This document shows, in pieces, positions 23,985-36,156 of a stretch of DNA of 64,000 nucleotides. Origin of the DNA: Mobula hypostoma. Its lineage: Eukaryota. The notes beneath the pieces are model-generated. The model was given only the letters and a program-made list of their open reading frames with translations, had not been told where the DNA came from and ran no database searches. Made by a program: the position numbers and the translations under genes. Location of the stretch: NCBI RefSeq assembly GCF_963921235.1, contig NC_086097.1, forward strand, positions 77,874,001 to 77,938,000, in the 5' to 3' direction. Numbering within the stretch: the first letter of the stretch is position 1; each line of letters starts with the position of its first letter.

Positions 23985-25840
23985 AGGACGATGTTTCAAT
24001 CCTTATGATAAGTTGGCACTCTCGATGTTGGCAGTGGGCTTGGAGTGGTGACAAGGAGGGTAGGTACCTCATCAGGGTTGTCAGGTGGGCTCTCTCCTTC
24101 TTTGACGTTTAATTGATAAGCCCACGATGTCTCCAGAGGGCTCACCGGTGCTACCTGGCACCGCAGATACACCCCCCTCAGTTCCATACCCTCCTGTCTT
24201 CATCTTGCAGCCCAGTTGTTGTATTTCCTTTTAATCCAAATCCAATTACTACTTTCTTCTGCTGCATTTGACAAGGACTTGATTGCTTGTTGGAGTGAAT
24301 AACCCCAACCCCCATCTTTTTCAATAGACTGGTCATAGGTGTAGCCCACTTCTACAGGGAAAACCTTGGTCTTCCAGCCGTTCTGAGAAGCTTCAGTTAC
24401 CAGTTCAGAGTACTTGGTCTTTTTCTTCTCATAAGCTTCTTCAACACCATCTTCCCATGGTACTGTCAATTCCACAACATATGCCAACTTGGCTGTTGTG
24501 GACCACAGGACCATGTCTGGCCGGAGTGTTGTAGCCACAATGTCTGGGGGAAACACAAGCTCTTTTTTCCCAAGTCCACATCCATTTTCCAATCCCGAGC
24601 AACCTGCAGAATGCTTACCTCTTTTGATGTTATGTGGTGCTCTGGATGTTGGCCTGCTGGTACAAATCGTGTGATGTGAACATTTCTTGCTGATTTTTGT
24701 GAGAGAGCATTTGTGGTGATTCGCCACTGTTCCAAGATTGATGCCAGCTGTCTGAGAACTTGGTTATGCCGCCAAGTATAATGCCCCTGGTTGAGGCTCA
24801 TGGTGCATCCTGTTAAAATGTGCCTTAGTGATCCAGGTGCTTGACAAAGAGAGCAAGCGGGGTCTTCTCCCCACCACTGGTTCAGGTTCTGGGGTGTGGA
24901 CAGGAGGTCATAAGTGCCTCTGATGACAAAACTTAGCCAAGATCCCTCCATCTCCCAGATGTCACACCAGCTGAGTTTCCTCTTTTCCAAGCTCTCCCAA
25001 ATAGTCCATTGGCCCTGCTTGGCCATTGAGACAGCCCTGGCATGTTGCTCTGCCTCCTCCTGTCTTCACAACTCCTCCACCACGAGCCGTCTCTTCTGCA
25101 CTGGTGTTGCCTTGTGCCATTGAGGAGCTTTTGGGACGAGCCCGAGCCCGGCTCTCACAAGTTGGACTTGGCCAACCACATCCCTGAAGCGAAGAGCAGA
25201 CTTAGCACTCTGAATGGCCTCAGATGGGGTCCACTTCCTACCCGTTGCCACACCGGGGGCCACTGTTCAAATAACAGTATCTTCAGATTCAGTGAGGGGC
25301 ATGACCAACCTTGCTTTGGTGCATTTGAATTCTTCCACAAGACTTGCAATTGGTAATTCTAATTTGCCATTCCCGTACAGTCCAACAGGACTTGAGCATT
25401 GTGGAAGTCCAAGCCACTGTTTCACATGTGTGCTGATCACTCTTTCGAGCTTTTCCACCTTGTTGATGGGGATTTCATACACTGTTAAAGGCCACGTGAG
25501 TCTTGTGAGTATGCCGAACTGGAAGCACCACAGCTTGAGTTTTCCTGGCAGCCAGGTCTTGTTGATGCGAGCTATGTACATGATGGCATCCTTTTTGAAT
25601 TGTTTAAACTGCTCAGTGTCCTTGAGCTTAGCATCATACCATCGGCCCAAGCTCTTCACTGGCATTTCTGAAACAGTTGGGACGAGTGTTCCGTCAATAT
25701 GAAATCTTTGATCCGTGACTTGACCTTTGACAATGGAGATGCTTCTGCCCTTGCTGGGCTTGATCTTCATTCTTGCCCATGTGATGTTTTGATGAAGCTT
25801 TTCCAGAAGTCTCTTGGTGCAGGGGACAGTTGTCGTCATT
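23985..25840 (-). mobile_element. Restriction-like-endonuclease non-LTR retrotransposon (HERO/NeSL-like), 5'-truncated
   Basis: RT C-terminus (WARMKIKPSK..KSLGRWY), CCHC knuckle CSLCQAPGSLRHILTGC, YTWRHNQVL and REL motifs LRPDMVLWS...VELTVPWED..EAYEKKKTKY...VEVG. Several frameshifts. Confidence 0.88.
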
Positions 25841-28800
25841 ATTACTTTCTCATCTTTGAAGGAAAAAAAGGATGTACAATTAATACCATTTTACTTTCAT
25901 AGCTGCATATTCAGAAACATCAATTGAAACTGGGTGAGTGTGAGTAATCCCATGGATCATCCCTCCAGATTGGAGTCTCTAGATTTGTGATCGATGGTGA
26001 TGGTTCTGCTATCATTTTTAGTGGTGGCAGTGTAGAATTAGATTAAAGTATGCAGCTTCCCATAATCAACATTATTGGCAATTTTGCAGTTCATTTATCT
26101 CCTTCACTCTGCGATTCCTAATCTTTATTTTTCATGTGGAACCTTTTTGAAATTCTATCTAAAGGACATCACAATCCTCACTCTTTTTATTCCCTTCCTA
26201 AGTATCCTGTCAGATTATTTAATCATAGCTTAGTATTTTGATAACCACACTAGTTATTTCCATTATTATATTTTCTTCCTTTAGCTGTACTTCAGTAATT
26301 AATTTAATGCAGATGGGAGAGGGGGAGGGGGAAGAGGGAGGGGACAGAGAGGGGTACAAGTAGGGGAACAGAGATGAGACAGAGAAGAGGAGATTCACTA
26401 GGATGTGCTTGGAACACAGGGCAACAGTTGAAGGGAGAAATTGGACAATTCTGGGTTTATTCTCTGGAATGAGGAATGACATCATAATAGTTTACAAAAA
26501 TATCCTATATAGATAGGATATACAGTCAGGACCTTCATTTTTTTTTATTGAGCAGGGGAGTCCTAAACCGGAGGCAATTGGTTTAAAAGTGAGAGGGGAG
26601 AAAGGGGATCTGAGGGGTTAGTTTTTTTTAATAGAGAAAGTAATGAATATTTGCTAGAGAAGGTGGCAGAGGGAAGTACTCTTACAACAGTTAAAAGGCA
26701 TCTTGGAAAGGAAAAGAGGGATATAATCCTAATGCAAGTGTATGTGATCACCACAGATCAGCATGGACGAGGTAGGTCTATACTGTTACATTTCTGTGAT
26801 TCTATAAAGTACAGATACTATTATCATTGCTATTATTGACATTCAACTGACAGGTTTATCATTCACAGGTTTTGTTCTGTCCATTCTGTGTATGAAAACA
26901 TTGATTGTTCAGCAGTCCTGGATGACATTACACTTTCTCAGCTTAGTAAAATACACCATTGTCTCTGCTTTCTTCTTTCAAGTGACTGTGCGAAGATAGC
27001 ATCTGGAGGTGAAATTGGATCCTTGATTTTACTATTTTGCCAATTATTTCTTTCTTTCCTATCTCAACAACATTAATGTTTATTTTAAGTTTAGCCTCTA
27101 GCAAAAAAAATATTTTGTTAACCTCTTAAAGAAATAGTCATTAAATGCAAATCATGAATATTCTTTATATTTTTCTGTGAATAGCTTTTACGTTTCACTG
27201 GCTCACTAGCCATTGGCCCTGTCCTTACTTGAAGTTTCCTTTTGCTCCTTATATAGAAATACTATTATTTATTTTAACCTTTGTTAATAAATTTACAGTA
27301 CTTTGAGCTTTTATATGCCTCTGATTCAATTATGTAATTTCACATCACCTTCCTCATAGTTTTTGTGAATTTCTCTCCTACATTCTCTGTATTCCTTATC
27401 ATCCCCCTCATCTTCAGTACCTCAATATTTCATGTATGCTGTCTTTTATAGAACTAATTAGTTGTTTATTCACGGTGTCCCAATATTACCTTGCTTGTTT
27501 TGAGGTTTTAGTGACCTACACTTCTCCTGAGCTCTCTTCCACTTCTAGTTCTTTACAGATTTAGAAATATTGAAATTTAACTTAACTTACTTTAATCACT
27601 TTGCTTCATGTCTTGTTCTTTTCTTATCTTTTACCTGTCTGCACTATGAATGACACTAATCTTGAAACTTGCTGCATTGCTACCAGCATGTCTCCAGTTC
27701 TTAGCAGTCTCACCTGTTCTAGTTCACCAACCAATTCAAAACCCAGAGGTAGTAATTTTTTTTTATTGTCTCATCTGTATTGGTTGAAGAAAGAGTCCTG
27801 TATATTAGCGTAAAATCTTTATTCCCTTGAGGTTTGTAGAGTGAATTTCAGATACAAAATACAGATACATTTCTGGGCAACTACCTATCTTCTAGTTGAA
27901 GAAATAGATTGAACTGTTCTATTTTAACATAGTGCACATTTGTGACTTATTGGTAGATTTTATGTTTTGTGCATTTATAAAACAGTATAACCATCAGTTT
28001 TCTCCTCTGCAACTGCTTCACTTGGACAGCCATTTGCTCAGTGGTATGTTGGTAAGGGTACTGGCTGTATTCTCCACTGTCTTTTTCCACAAACTGACAG
28101 GAATTAGCCTATGTCATTCACTCCTGACAGACTCACTGATTTGATTATTTATTGTGTCTTTTGACATTTGAGTTCTTGAAAGCTGTCAAGATGAAATAGG
28201 TTATCCAAAGAAGAAAAACACTAAAAGCTTTTCCCCTGCACTGGCACTTCAGCTTAATGAAAGTGCACACTGTTCGATATACCACGCAGGTTGTAATATT
28301 CTAGCCAGCCAGTGTGGTCAAGAACTACATAAACGAGCATTTGATTATATTGGCTGGCATTAAATGAAAATGCCTTTTCATACAAGCACACTATCCACAT
28401 TAATATAAAATGGCTTCAAACTGAAGATTCCAGCAGCCCAGCCAACATTCTTTAATGGAAAAGAAATGAGGTTTTAGCAGTCAAATTAAAATTAATTAAT
28501 AGCAAAAAAAAGATGGAAAATAAAAAATGCACATACAGAGAATGAATTACACATTCCTGACTAACAAGAGGGGGTTACAAAAACATCATAATATACAGGG
28601 AACTGGGTAGCTCATTAGTCTGAGCATACTGCCATTTACTGCACATGGATGGAATGAAATTCTCTGGTCTCAAGATTAACTATGAAAAATTGGTGTTACT
28701 CAAAGTCTATATAAATGCAAGTCTTTGTCTTTTGTTAAATTGTGTGAAATTAGTTTGTACTTTTATTCATCCATTCTGCTTTAGACTAAATCATATTTAC

Positions 28801-30409
28801 ATCCATTACATCAGATTATGAGTTAACGAATCTGAATTTCTGTTAAAGTTGCTCCTGCCTGTGATTGGTCTTTAGATTCACCATCTAACAACACATTATT
28901 TTCAGCTTACTCATTCCTTGCTTTTTTAAATTGTGCATTCAAGATGAATGCTCTAGAAATTGACAGAAAGCAGACCTCCATGACATTTAGCTAAACTGAA
29001 AAAAATAATTTTTGTTAATTTTGAAAATAAAATGTCAACCAGCACAAATCTGTTTTTCAACTAATCAGCACAGTGGACCACACTCTAGATGACGATTCTA
29101 GGAACTGGTACTTAGAAAACAGAAGGAAAACCACTATTATTACAATTGTCTCAATGTATACAATACCCCCCAGCATCAAAAGCATGGTTATATTCCTCCT
29201 CAGTTATTATCAGAAGCAATTTTCTTGCAGTTTTCCTTCTGAATGCACAGATGAAGAAATGCAAAATTTATTAATAGATTACCTGCTTTGCTGCATAACA
29301 AAATAACAAAATTTATTCTAATTATAATAGTCCTATTAAGTTTCCTTCTGTTGATACAGTCCACAGAAAATTGCAGATTTGACCACTACAAAAGTGGCTG
29401 TCCCACTTTGTTGAATCCAGTGAATAACTGGTCTTGCTATGTTACAATCCATCACTGCACTTCTGTCAAACTCTCGTTTTCTCTTCCTTTGTCTCGCCTA
29501 CAGATTTTCTTTCCTCACTGTCCTTGATATGGGAATGGCTGGAGACTGAAAGTGTATATCTGAGACATATGACACTTCTGTAGTAAGTGGAGAAATGGGA
29601 GGATTTCTTGCCAAATCACACATTAAGTATCAATGCCTGTATTTCATGAAAACACATGGAATTGCTCTCCCTTATGCCTTTAATTTCTTGGACTATTTTG
29701 ATAGGAACTATAAATAACTATCAAATGGAAAATCAGGAAGGAAAACATTTCTGCCATTATATTTATCCATAAGGGCAATGATACGATGTAAAAACCAAAT
29801 GGATTTTTTATGGAATAGCCAAACAATAACGCAATCTCAAATCTTTCTTCTGTATCTCACTGAACCCATTACAGTCATTTGTTGTGACGGATGGTTTAAG
29901 TGCATGATAAAACACTGTCAGATTAAATTACTCTGATAATGTTTTTTTTCTTCACAGCAATGAACTAGTGATCTAAACGCCTGTAAAACTTCCAAAAGTT
30001 ATGTTCCTTAACTGTCCACAAATTCCAGGGTATTTATTGAAAAAGAAACATATCATTGTAAGGTAATGATTTAGCTTGACATTACAGAATTTGGAATTCA
30101 TTGCTTTCCACTTATTGTATATTTACATGTGTTCAGCAGCTGCCTTTAAAATTAAGTTACAATGATTAGATGACTATCTGTGCAAACTCTTTTAAGTTCA
30201 GGCTCCGGGGAGGCGTGGCAGTGAATTCCGCCAGTTTCTGACTTCATCAGAAGGACACTTACTGAGTGCTGACAGGCACGATGAAACCACCCTGTGATCT
30301 GACCACACCAGGTGGCTAAGGTAATAATACACTGCCACTGCAATCCTTCTTCGTAGTGTTGATTTTTTTTCCCCCTGAAACACTGGCTTTTGAGAATAAA
30401 CATAAATCA

Positions 30410-31555
30410 ATTAAATGTCCCACAGTTCACTTGACTATACCTCATCCCACCCTACTTCCTGTAAAAATGCTATTCCCTTTTCTCAGTTCCTTCACCTCTG
30501 CCACTTCTGTTCCCAGGATGAGGCTTTTCTTTCCAGGACATCGGAAATGTCCTCCTTCTACAAAGAATGGGGTTTTGCTCCCTCCACTATTGATGCTGCC
30601 CTCACCCGTATCTCCTCCAATTCCCAAACATCCACACTCACCCCATCTTCTCACTGTGGTAGAGTTCCTTTTGTCCTTGTCGTCCTCTCCATGAGCACCC
30701 ACATCTAATGCACCATACTCAGCAACTCCCACCGTACCTTTATTTCCCATTTCCCTCCTGCCTTCTGCAGAAATCCCTCGATGATAAATCCCTCCCCACT
30801 AACCTCCCTCCCAGCACTTATCCCTGCAAGTGGCCTAAATGCCACACCTGTCCATACACTTCCTCCCTCACCTCCATTCAAGGTGCCAAACAGTCCTTCC
30901 AGGTGAGGCAACACTTCACCTGTGAATCTGCTGGGGTCATCTATTGTGTCCAGTGCACCAGATGTAGCCTCCTCCACATTGGTGAGGCCCGTCATAAACT
31001 GGAGGGCCACTTTGATGAGCACCTCCTCTCCATCTGCCTAATGTTGAACTTCCCAGTGACCAAACACTTTAATTTTGATTCCCATTCCCGTTCTGACATG
31101 TTGGTCCATGGCCTCCCCTTGTGCTAAGATAAAGTCACCTTCAGGGTGGAGGAGCAACACCTTATATTCTGTTTGGTTAGCCTCCAAATGATGGCATGAG
31201 TATCAATTTCTCCTTCTGGTAAAAAAAAATCCCCTCCCCTCCCCTCTTCTTCTATTCCCCACTGTGGCTTCTTATCTCTTCTCACCTGTCTAACATTACC
31301 CCCTGGATCCTCTCCTCCTTCCCTTTCTCCTGTGGTCCACTCTCCTCTCCCATCAGATTCCTTCTTCTCTAGGCCTTTATTTTTCTTACCCACATGGCTT
31401 CACTTAGCACCTTCTCACTATCCTCCTTCCCCTCCCCCCACATTTTTATTTTGGTGTCTTCCCCCTTCCTTTCCACCCCTTAATAAGGATCTCAACCCGA
31501 AGCGTTGACTGTTTATTCATTTCTATAGATGCTGCTCCTGACTTGCTGAGCTCCC
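30410..31555 (+). mobile_element. PLE fragment (RT thumb, Cys linker, GIY-YIG, 3' UTR, degenerate hammerhead 31478-31511)
   Basis: LDYTSSHPTSCKNAIPFSQF, CKWPKCHTC and GVIYCVQCTRCSLLHIGEA; a diverged relative of 755-2013. Confidence 0.9.
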
Positions 31556-32504
31556 ACCTCCGTTTCCACGCCCCCCCCCCCCCCGCCAGCAGGCTGACAA
31601 AGCCAGTAATGGAGTCACAGAGTCCTGGTGTAGATAGACTTACTAATGCTACTTGTTCTGACTTTCCCTGGCATAATTGTATGGTGTGGCCCCTAGGCAT
31701 GAGACCCTTGAGGTATGGAGTGTAATACTAATATAACCCTACTTGTCAAGATCCACCAATCCATGCAAGTGTTATACATGTATCAGATTCAGAAAGGACG
31801 AGTTTGATCACTGATGCTCCTCACATAGGCAAAGAGCCTCTTGCTATTCTTGACAAAGGGTCACATGTAAAAACCTTGTTGCAGAGTGAACTATGAAAGG
31901 GGACCTTTGCAACCTGAGATCTATTCACTCTTACCATGGAAGGAGATGGAAAGACAATTGAAGTGAAAGTAAGGATTTACCTACTTATTCTTTCACTGGC
32001 TGCGGATATCACAGGAATACTGGCATTAATTGTCCTTCCCTGATCATCCCAGAGTGGGCCATTATGAGTCACAACATTGTCTGGCAGCACTTGCAAAACC
32101 CTCTGTGTGAAGAAGGTCCCCTTTAGGCTTCCCTTAAAATATTTCATCTTTAAGCCTTAACCTATGACCTCTAGTTCTAGACTCACCCTGCATCAGTGGA
32201 AAAAGCCTGCTTGCATTTACTTTATCGACACTCCTCATAATTTTGTATCCCTCTGTCAAATCTCCTCTCAATCTTCTATGTTCCAAGGGATAAAATTCTC
32301 AGCTATTTAACCACTCCCTATAACTCTGGCCCTCAAGTCCTCAGAAACGTCCTTGTAAATTTTCTCTGCATTCTTTTAATCTTATTGATATCTTTCCAGT
32401 AAGTAGGTGACCAGAACGGCACAAAATACTTCAAATTTGGCCTCACCAATGTCCTGTACAACTTCAACATCCCAACATCCCAACTCCTGTACTCAATAGT
32501 TGTC

Positions 32505-32750
32505 TATTTATTTACAGATACAGCACGATAACAGAACCTTCCAGCCTTCCAAGGCTGTGCTGCACAATTACAACCATGTGACCAATTAACCTACTAACCC
32601 GTGTCTCTGGAATGTGGGAGAAAAAAGGAGTGTGTTGTGAAAAGCCAGGTGGTCATGGGGAGAACGTACAAACTCCTTACGGATAGCAGTGGTATTGAAC
32701 CCAGTTCACTAGGTACCATAATAGCATTATGCAAACCGTGCAGCACCAAA
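32505..32750 (-). mobile_element. V-SINE (HE1-like)
   Basis: Homologous to 16019-16275 (gtgaccaattaacc..., ggtcatggggagaacgtacaaactccttac, B-box gggttcaatacc). Confidence 0.75.
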
Positions 32751-32940
32751 TTCATGATCGCCAGCATAGAGATGGCGGAGACTGAGACTCATACAATGCT
32801 TTTATTTATGAAGGATAATGCACCAAAAGTTCCCTTTATGACCCCATCTACCTGTGACACCACATTCAAGGAATTATGGATTTGTATTCCCAGATCTATC
32901 ACACTCCTCAGTGCCCTACCATTCATTGTGCATGTCCTAC

Positions 32941-34224
32941 TGTGATGGTACTGCATTGTCTGCCTGCAGGGCCCTGAACTCAAAGGAAGATTTTAACTTT
33001 AATCCAATATCCAGTAGATATCTATGAGTACTCTCACTGTAGGGAGGTTATACTGATCCATGTACTCTACAAGGCCTAGCTTACTTCCCTGTCTAGTCTC
33101 TTTGGTGAGGTCTAGTTGCCAATATCCACACTTGAGTGGTGGGTCCCCCCTCCCTCCTAAAGAGGAGATATATCCAGCGAACAAAGCTGTTTTAACTTTA
33201 ACTTAAATTTTATTTTTAATAACATACGTTTATTTTTGGACAAATACAGTAGTTCTTAACACACATTTAACACTCACAGAGGATTTCTGATGTATAAAAG
33301 ATTTCCAAATTTCAAATGATTTATGAACTACAAAGGATTTACAAACTCAGGAACAATTCTTATGAACTAAAAGAACATGCCAACGAGTTGCAGACAATCA
33401 AGACATCTATTAAAGAAATCGAAAGCTGAGGAATGAATTCTAGTTCTTCTTTCTGTCTCCTCATCTTTCTGTCAATCTCCTTGTCATTTCTAACAGTCCC
33501 CAGTGCGTTCCAATATTTATACTGCATTGCTACTAGTTGACATTATTTGCATGTGATGTTTCACAGACACCTTTGTTGGGATAAAGTAATTCGCACAAAT
33601 GGTCTAAAAGCTTCTAGATCCCAAATACCTAAAATACACGTTGTGACGGCTGGCTCTCTGGGCACACAAATATCCCAACCTTTGACTGATCGTACCTGGG
33701 GCCATGTTTGTGTTTGGCTAATGCAGTCAAGAAATCAGATTCAGGTTTAATATCACCGGCATTTCATGAAATTTGTTGCCTTTGCGGCAGCAACACAATA
33801 AAATACATAATAATAGAGAAAGTAACTGTGACTTACAGTAAGAAATGCAGTGACTACAGTGAGTATTGTGGTCACTTTATTTTGCAATCCATACCTCTTA
33901 GCAGCCAGCCCCCTGTTATAGGTGAGTGGCCTCTGCTGTGTAACGCTGTTTGCAAAGTTGTGCTTTTATCTTCAAACTGATTGTTGCTTGCAATTTACAT
34001 TTAGAACTGACAACTCTTATTTACAACAACAAGCTGAGCAAGGAATACTTGTTAGAAGTTTAACTTTGTCACAAACAACTCTGACCCTCTGGAAAAGTCA
34101 CGCTGCTGCCCTAGAAATCTGACTACTACTACTACGTTGACTCTGGCCTAGGGGGCCAGCGTCGGGCAGATTTCTGAAGTTAGCAGTAAGCCTCCTGGGC
34201 CCTGGAAAATCAATATAAATCACA
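32941..34224. mobile_element. Probable solo LTR (~1.28 kb including a small LINE-tail insertion at ~33735-33830)
   Basis: TGTGAT...ATCACA inverted termini and a 4-bp TSD ctac/cgac (1 mismatch). Precisely interrupts CR1. Confidence 0.75.
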
Positions 34225-34820
34225 CGACCCTGGTTTGTCCTCCCAAAGTGCAACACCTCTCAATTGTCTGTATTAAATTCCACTTGTCATTTTTCATCTC
34301 AATTTTTCCAGCTGGTCCAGATCCCACTGTAAACTGCGATAACCTTCCTCACTATCCACTATGGCCCCAGTCTTCCTGGCATCCACAAATTTGCCAATCC
34401 AGTTTATCATGTTATCAGCCAAATCATTGATATGGATGACAAACGGAAACAGATCCCAGTGCTGATCCCTGCAGAACACCACCAGTCACAGGCCTCCAGT
34501 CAGAGAGGCAACCAGCTACTACCACTCTCTGGCTTCTCCCACACAGCCAATGTCAAATCCAATTTACTTCTGAGCATCACACTTAGGAATTCCTTCCCGA
34601 AAGGCATGAGTGAATCAGACAAGTGGACTTGTTTTCACTAGACTCTGATAGTTTCCTGGTTACCCTTATTGATAGCAGCTTTTTACTTAAGATTTAATAA
34701 TTACCTATAATCGTGTGAATTTAAGCTACCCAGCTGTCTTGATTCAATTTAAACTCAGGTCTATAAATCAATATTCCACACAGTCAGATAAATGGCCATA
34801 CCAACACTATACTATCACAT

Positions 34821-35376
34821 GTATGGGGTGTCAGGGAGAGGTAGCACCCCTGGTGGGGGAATATGTCACGTCCTTTTCAAGGCGGTTAATCCACCTTTGG
34901 TCCCCACCTGGCACACAGCTCTCACCTGTGGCTCCCTGTAGCTGTTTGCATGCGACAGCAGCCACACCCCAGGCAATGGCTTCAAGAAGCCGGCTAAACC
35001 AGGTGAGGGTAGCCGACGGGTCTCAAACCCTCGGTGAGATAGGGAGTTGTCTATCCCAGCATGTGAAGACAGACTCCAGTGGATTGAGCGGACGAGACCA
35101 ATGGAAGGTCCAACGGTCAAGAAGGCGGTCACTGCAAGCGTCGTGGAACGTGTAGAGCAGGACAAGACACAGAAGACGTCCTGGTCATCCACTGCGCCTA
35201 GTCCCATCTCCAGCCGTCTCAACTCCGTCTTGCCACTGGATCCACATGGGAATTGGGAAGAGAGAGTGAGGCTGACACTGTGCAACTCTCCCTCACTTAA
35301 ATCAAAATCAAGCACTAGTCTCGACACCGTCATAATGGTGTTAAGGTCCTCGTCAACGTCGACGATGGACGAACAC
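34821..35376 (+). mobile_element. 556-bp non-coding retroelement (RTE-type non-autonomous, SINE-like) with 12-bp TSD
   Basis: Perfect TSD atactatcacat (34809-34820 / 35377-35388). GC/CpG-rich with no RT. The RTE affiliation is inferred from TSD length and 5' UTR character. Confidence 0.8.
34825..35009 (+). ncRNA. HDV-like self-cleaving ribozyme candidate
   Basis: P1 GGGGTGT(34825)/ACACCCC(34964-70); P2 CTCACCTG(34921)/CAGGTGAG(35000); P3 GGC/GCC; L3 starting TCC; P4 GGCTTC/GAAGCC; J4/2 GCTAA. All elements are in nested double-pseudoknot order. Confidence 0.7.
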
Positions 35377-36156
35377 ATACTATCACATCTTGTTGGCCTC
35401 TAAGAACAACAAAAATAGTTTAAATAACTGCTTAAAAGGGTTACAGTTGTAACACAAAAGCATGCTACTATCATTAAACAATGGCATATTGACTGATACA
35501 CAAGTAACAAATATTTCTGCTTAAGATGCTGCATAGTTCCTTGGTGTTTTGAAACTACAGGTTTTCACCATTTTTCAAATTTGAATCCTTTGGCAGAAAT
35601 AAAACACTCAAATGAATCATTCAAGAACTTCCAACAATTCTTGAACTGGCCAGTTATGTCATAAAAATTCATGGAGCAAGGTGACCTTTAAGAGAAACCA
35701 CCATCTCTGAGTTGGTTATACTAGTTAGTTAGGAAGCTAATTTACTAAATGATTTTACATTTGAATCGTTTTCTCTAGTTAGCTTGCACTTGGAAAATAT
35801 CTTTTCCCACTCCATTTCCCTTATTTTTTCCCATTCCAGTTTTGAATTTTAACCATTTGCACTCAGACATTTTTATGCCAAAATGGTTTAAGGCAGGGAA
35901 AATGCATCTTTTAATTTTATTATTAATATGAGATGAATAAATTTGTGATTAGAGGTAAGAATGAGAATCGAAAGGAGTGGAGTAGTCAATGTAACTTCCT
36001 TTTCTCTGTGTTCCAATGCATTTTCAGCCAGTTAGTGAAAACGGAAATCTGTTACTAATCCAAAATGTTTTTAAATTGAATATTTGTTTTCTTTAATTAT
36101 TCCTAGTTTATTCAGTGAGAAAAACAATATAAGGACTGACATGCTGGCTTCTTATA

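Larger units (their letters stand above)
32085..34570 (-). mobile_element. CR1 LINE fragment with nested V-SINE (~32505-32750) and solo LTR (32941-34224)
   Basis: DLGIQIHNSLNVVSQVDGV and INDLADNMINWIGKFVDARK. CR1 sequence joins across the insertion (gtcctac|cctggtttgtcctccc). Confidence 0.85.

Noticed and set aside
34715..35403. Overlapping 118-170 aa ORFs as genes
   Set aside because: They arise from the GC-rich non-coding retroelement, cross its TSD boundary and have no protein motifs.
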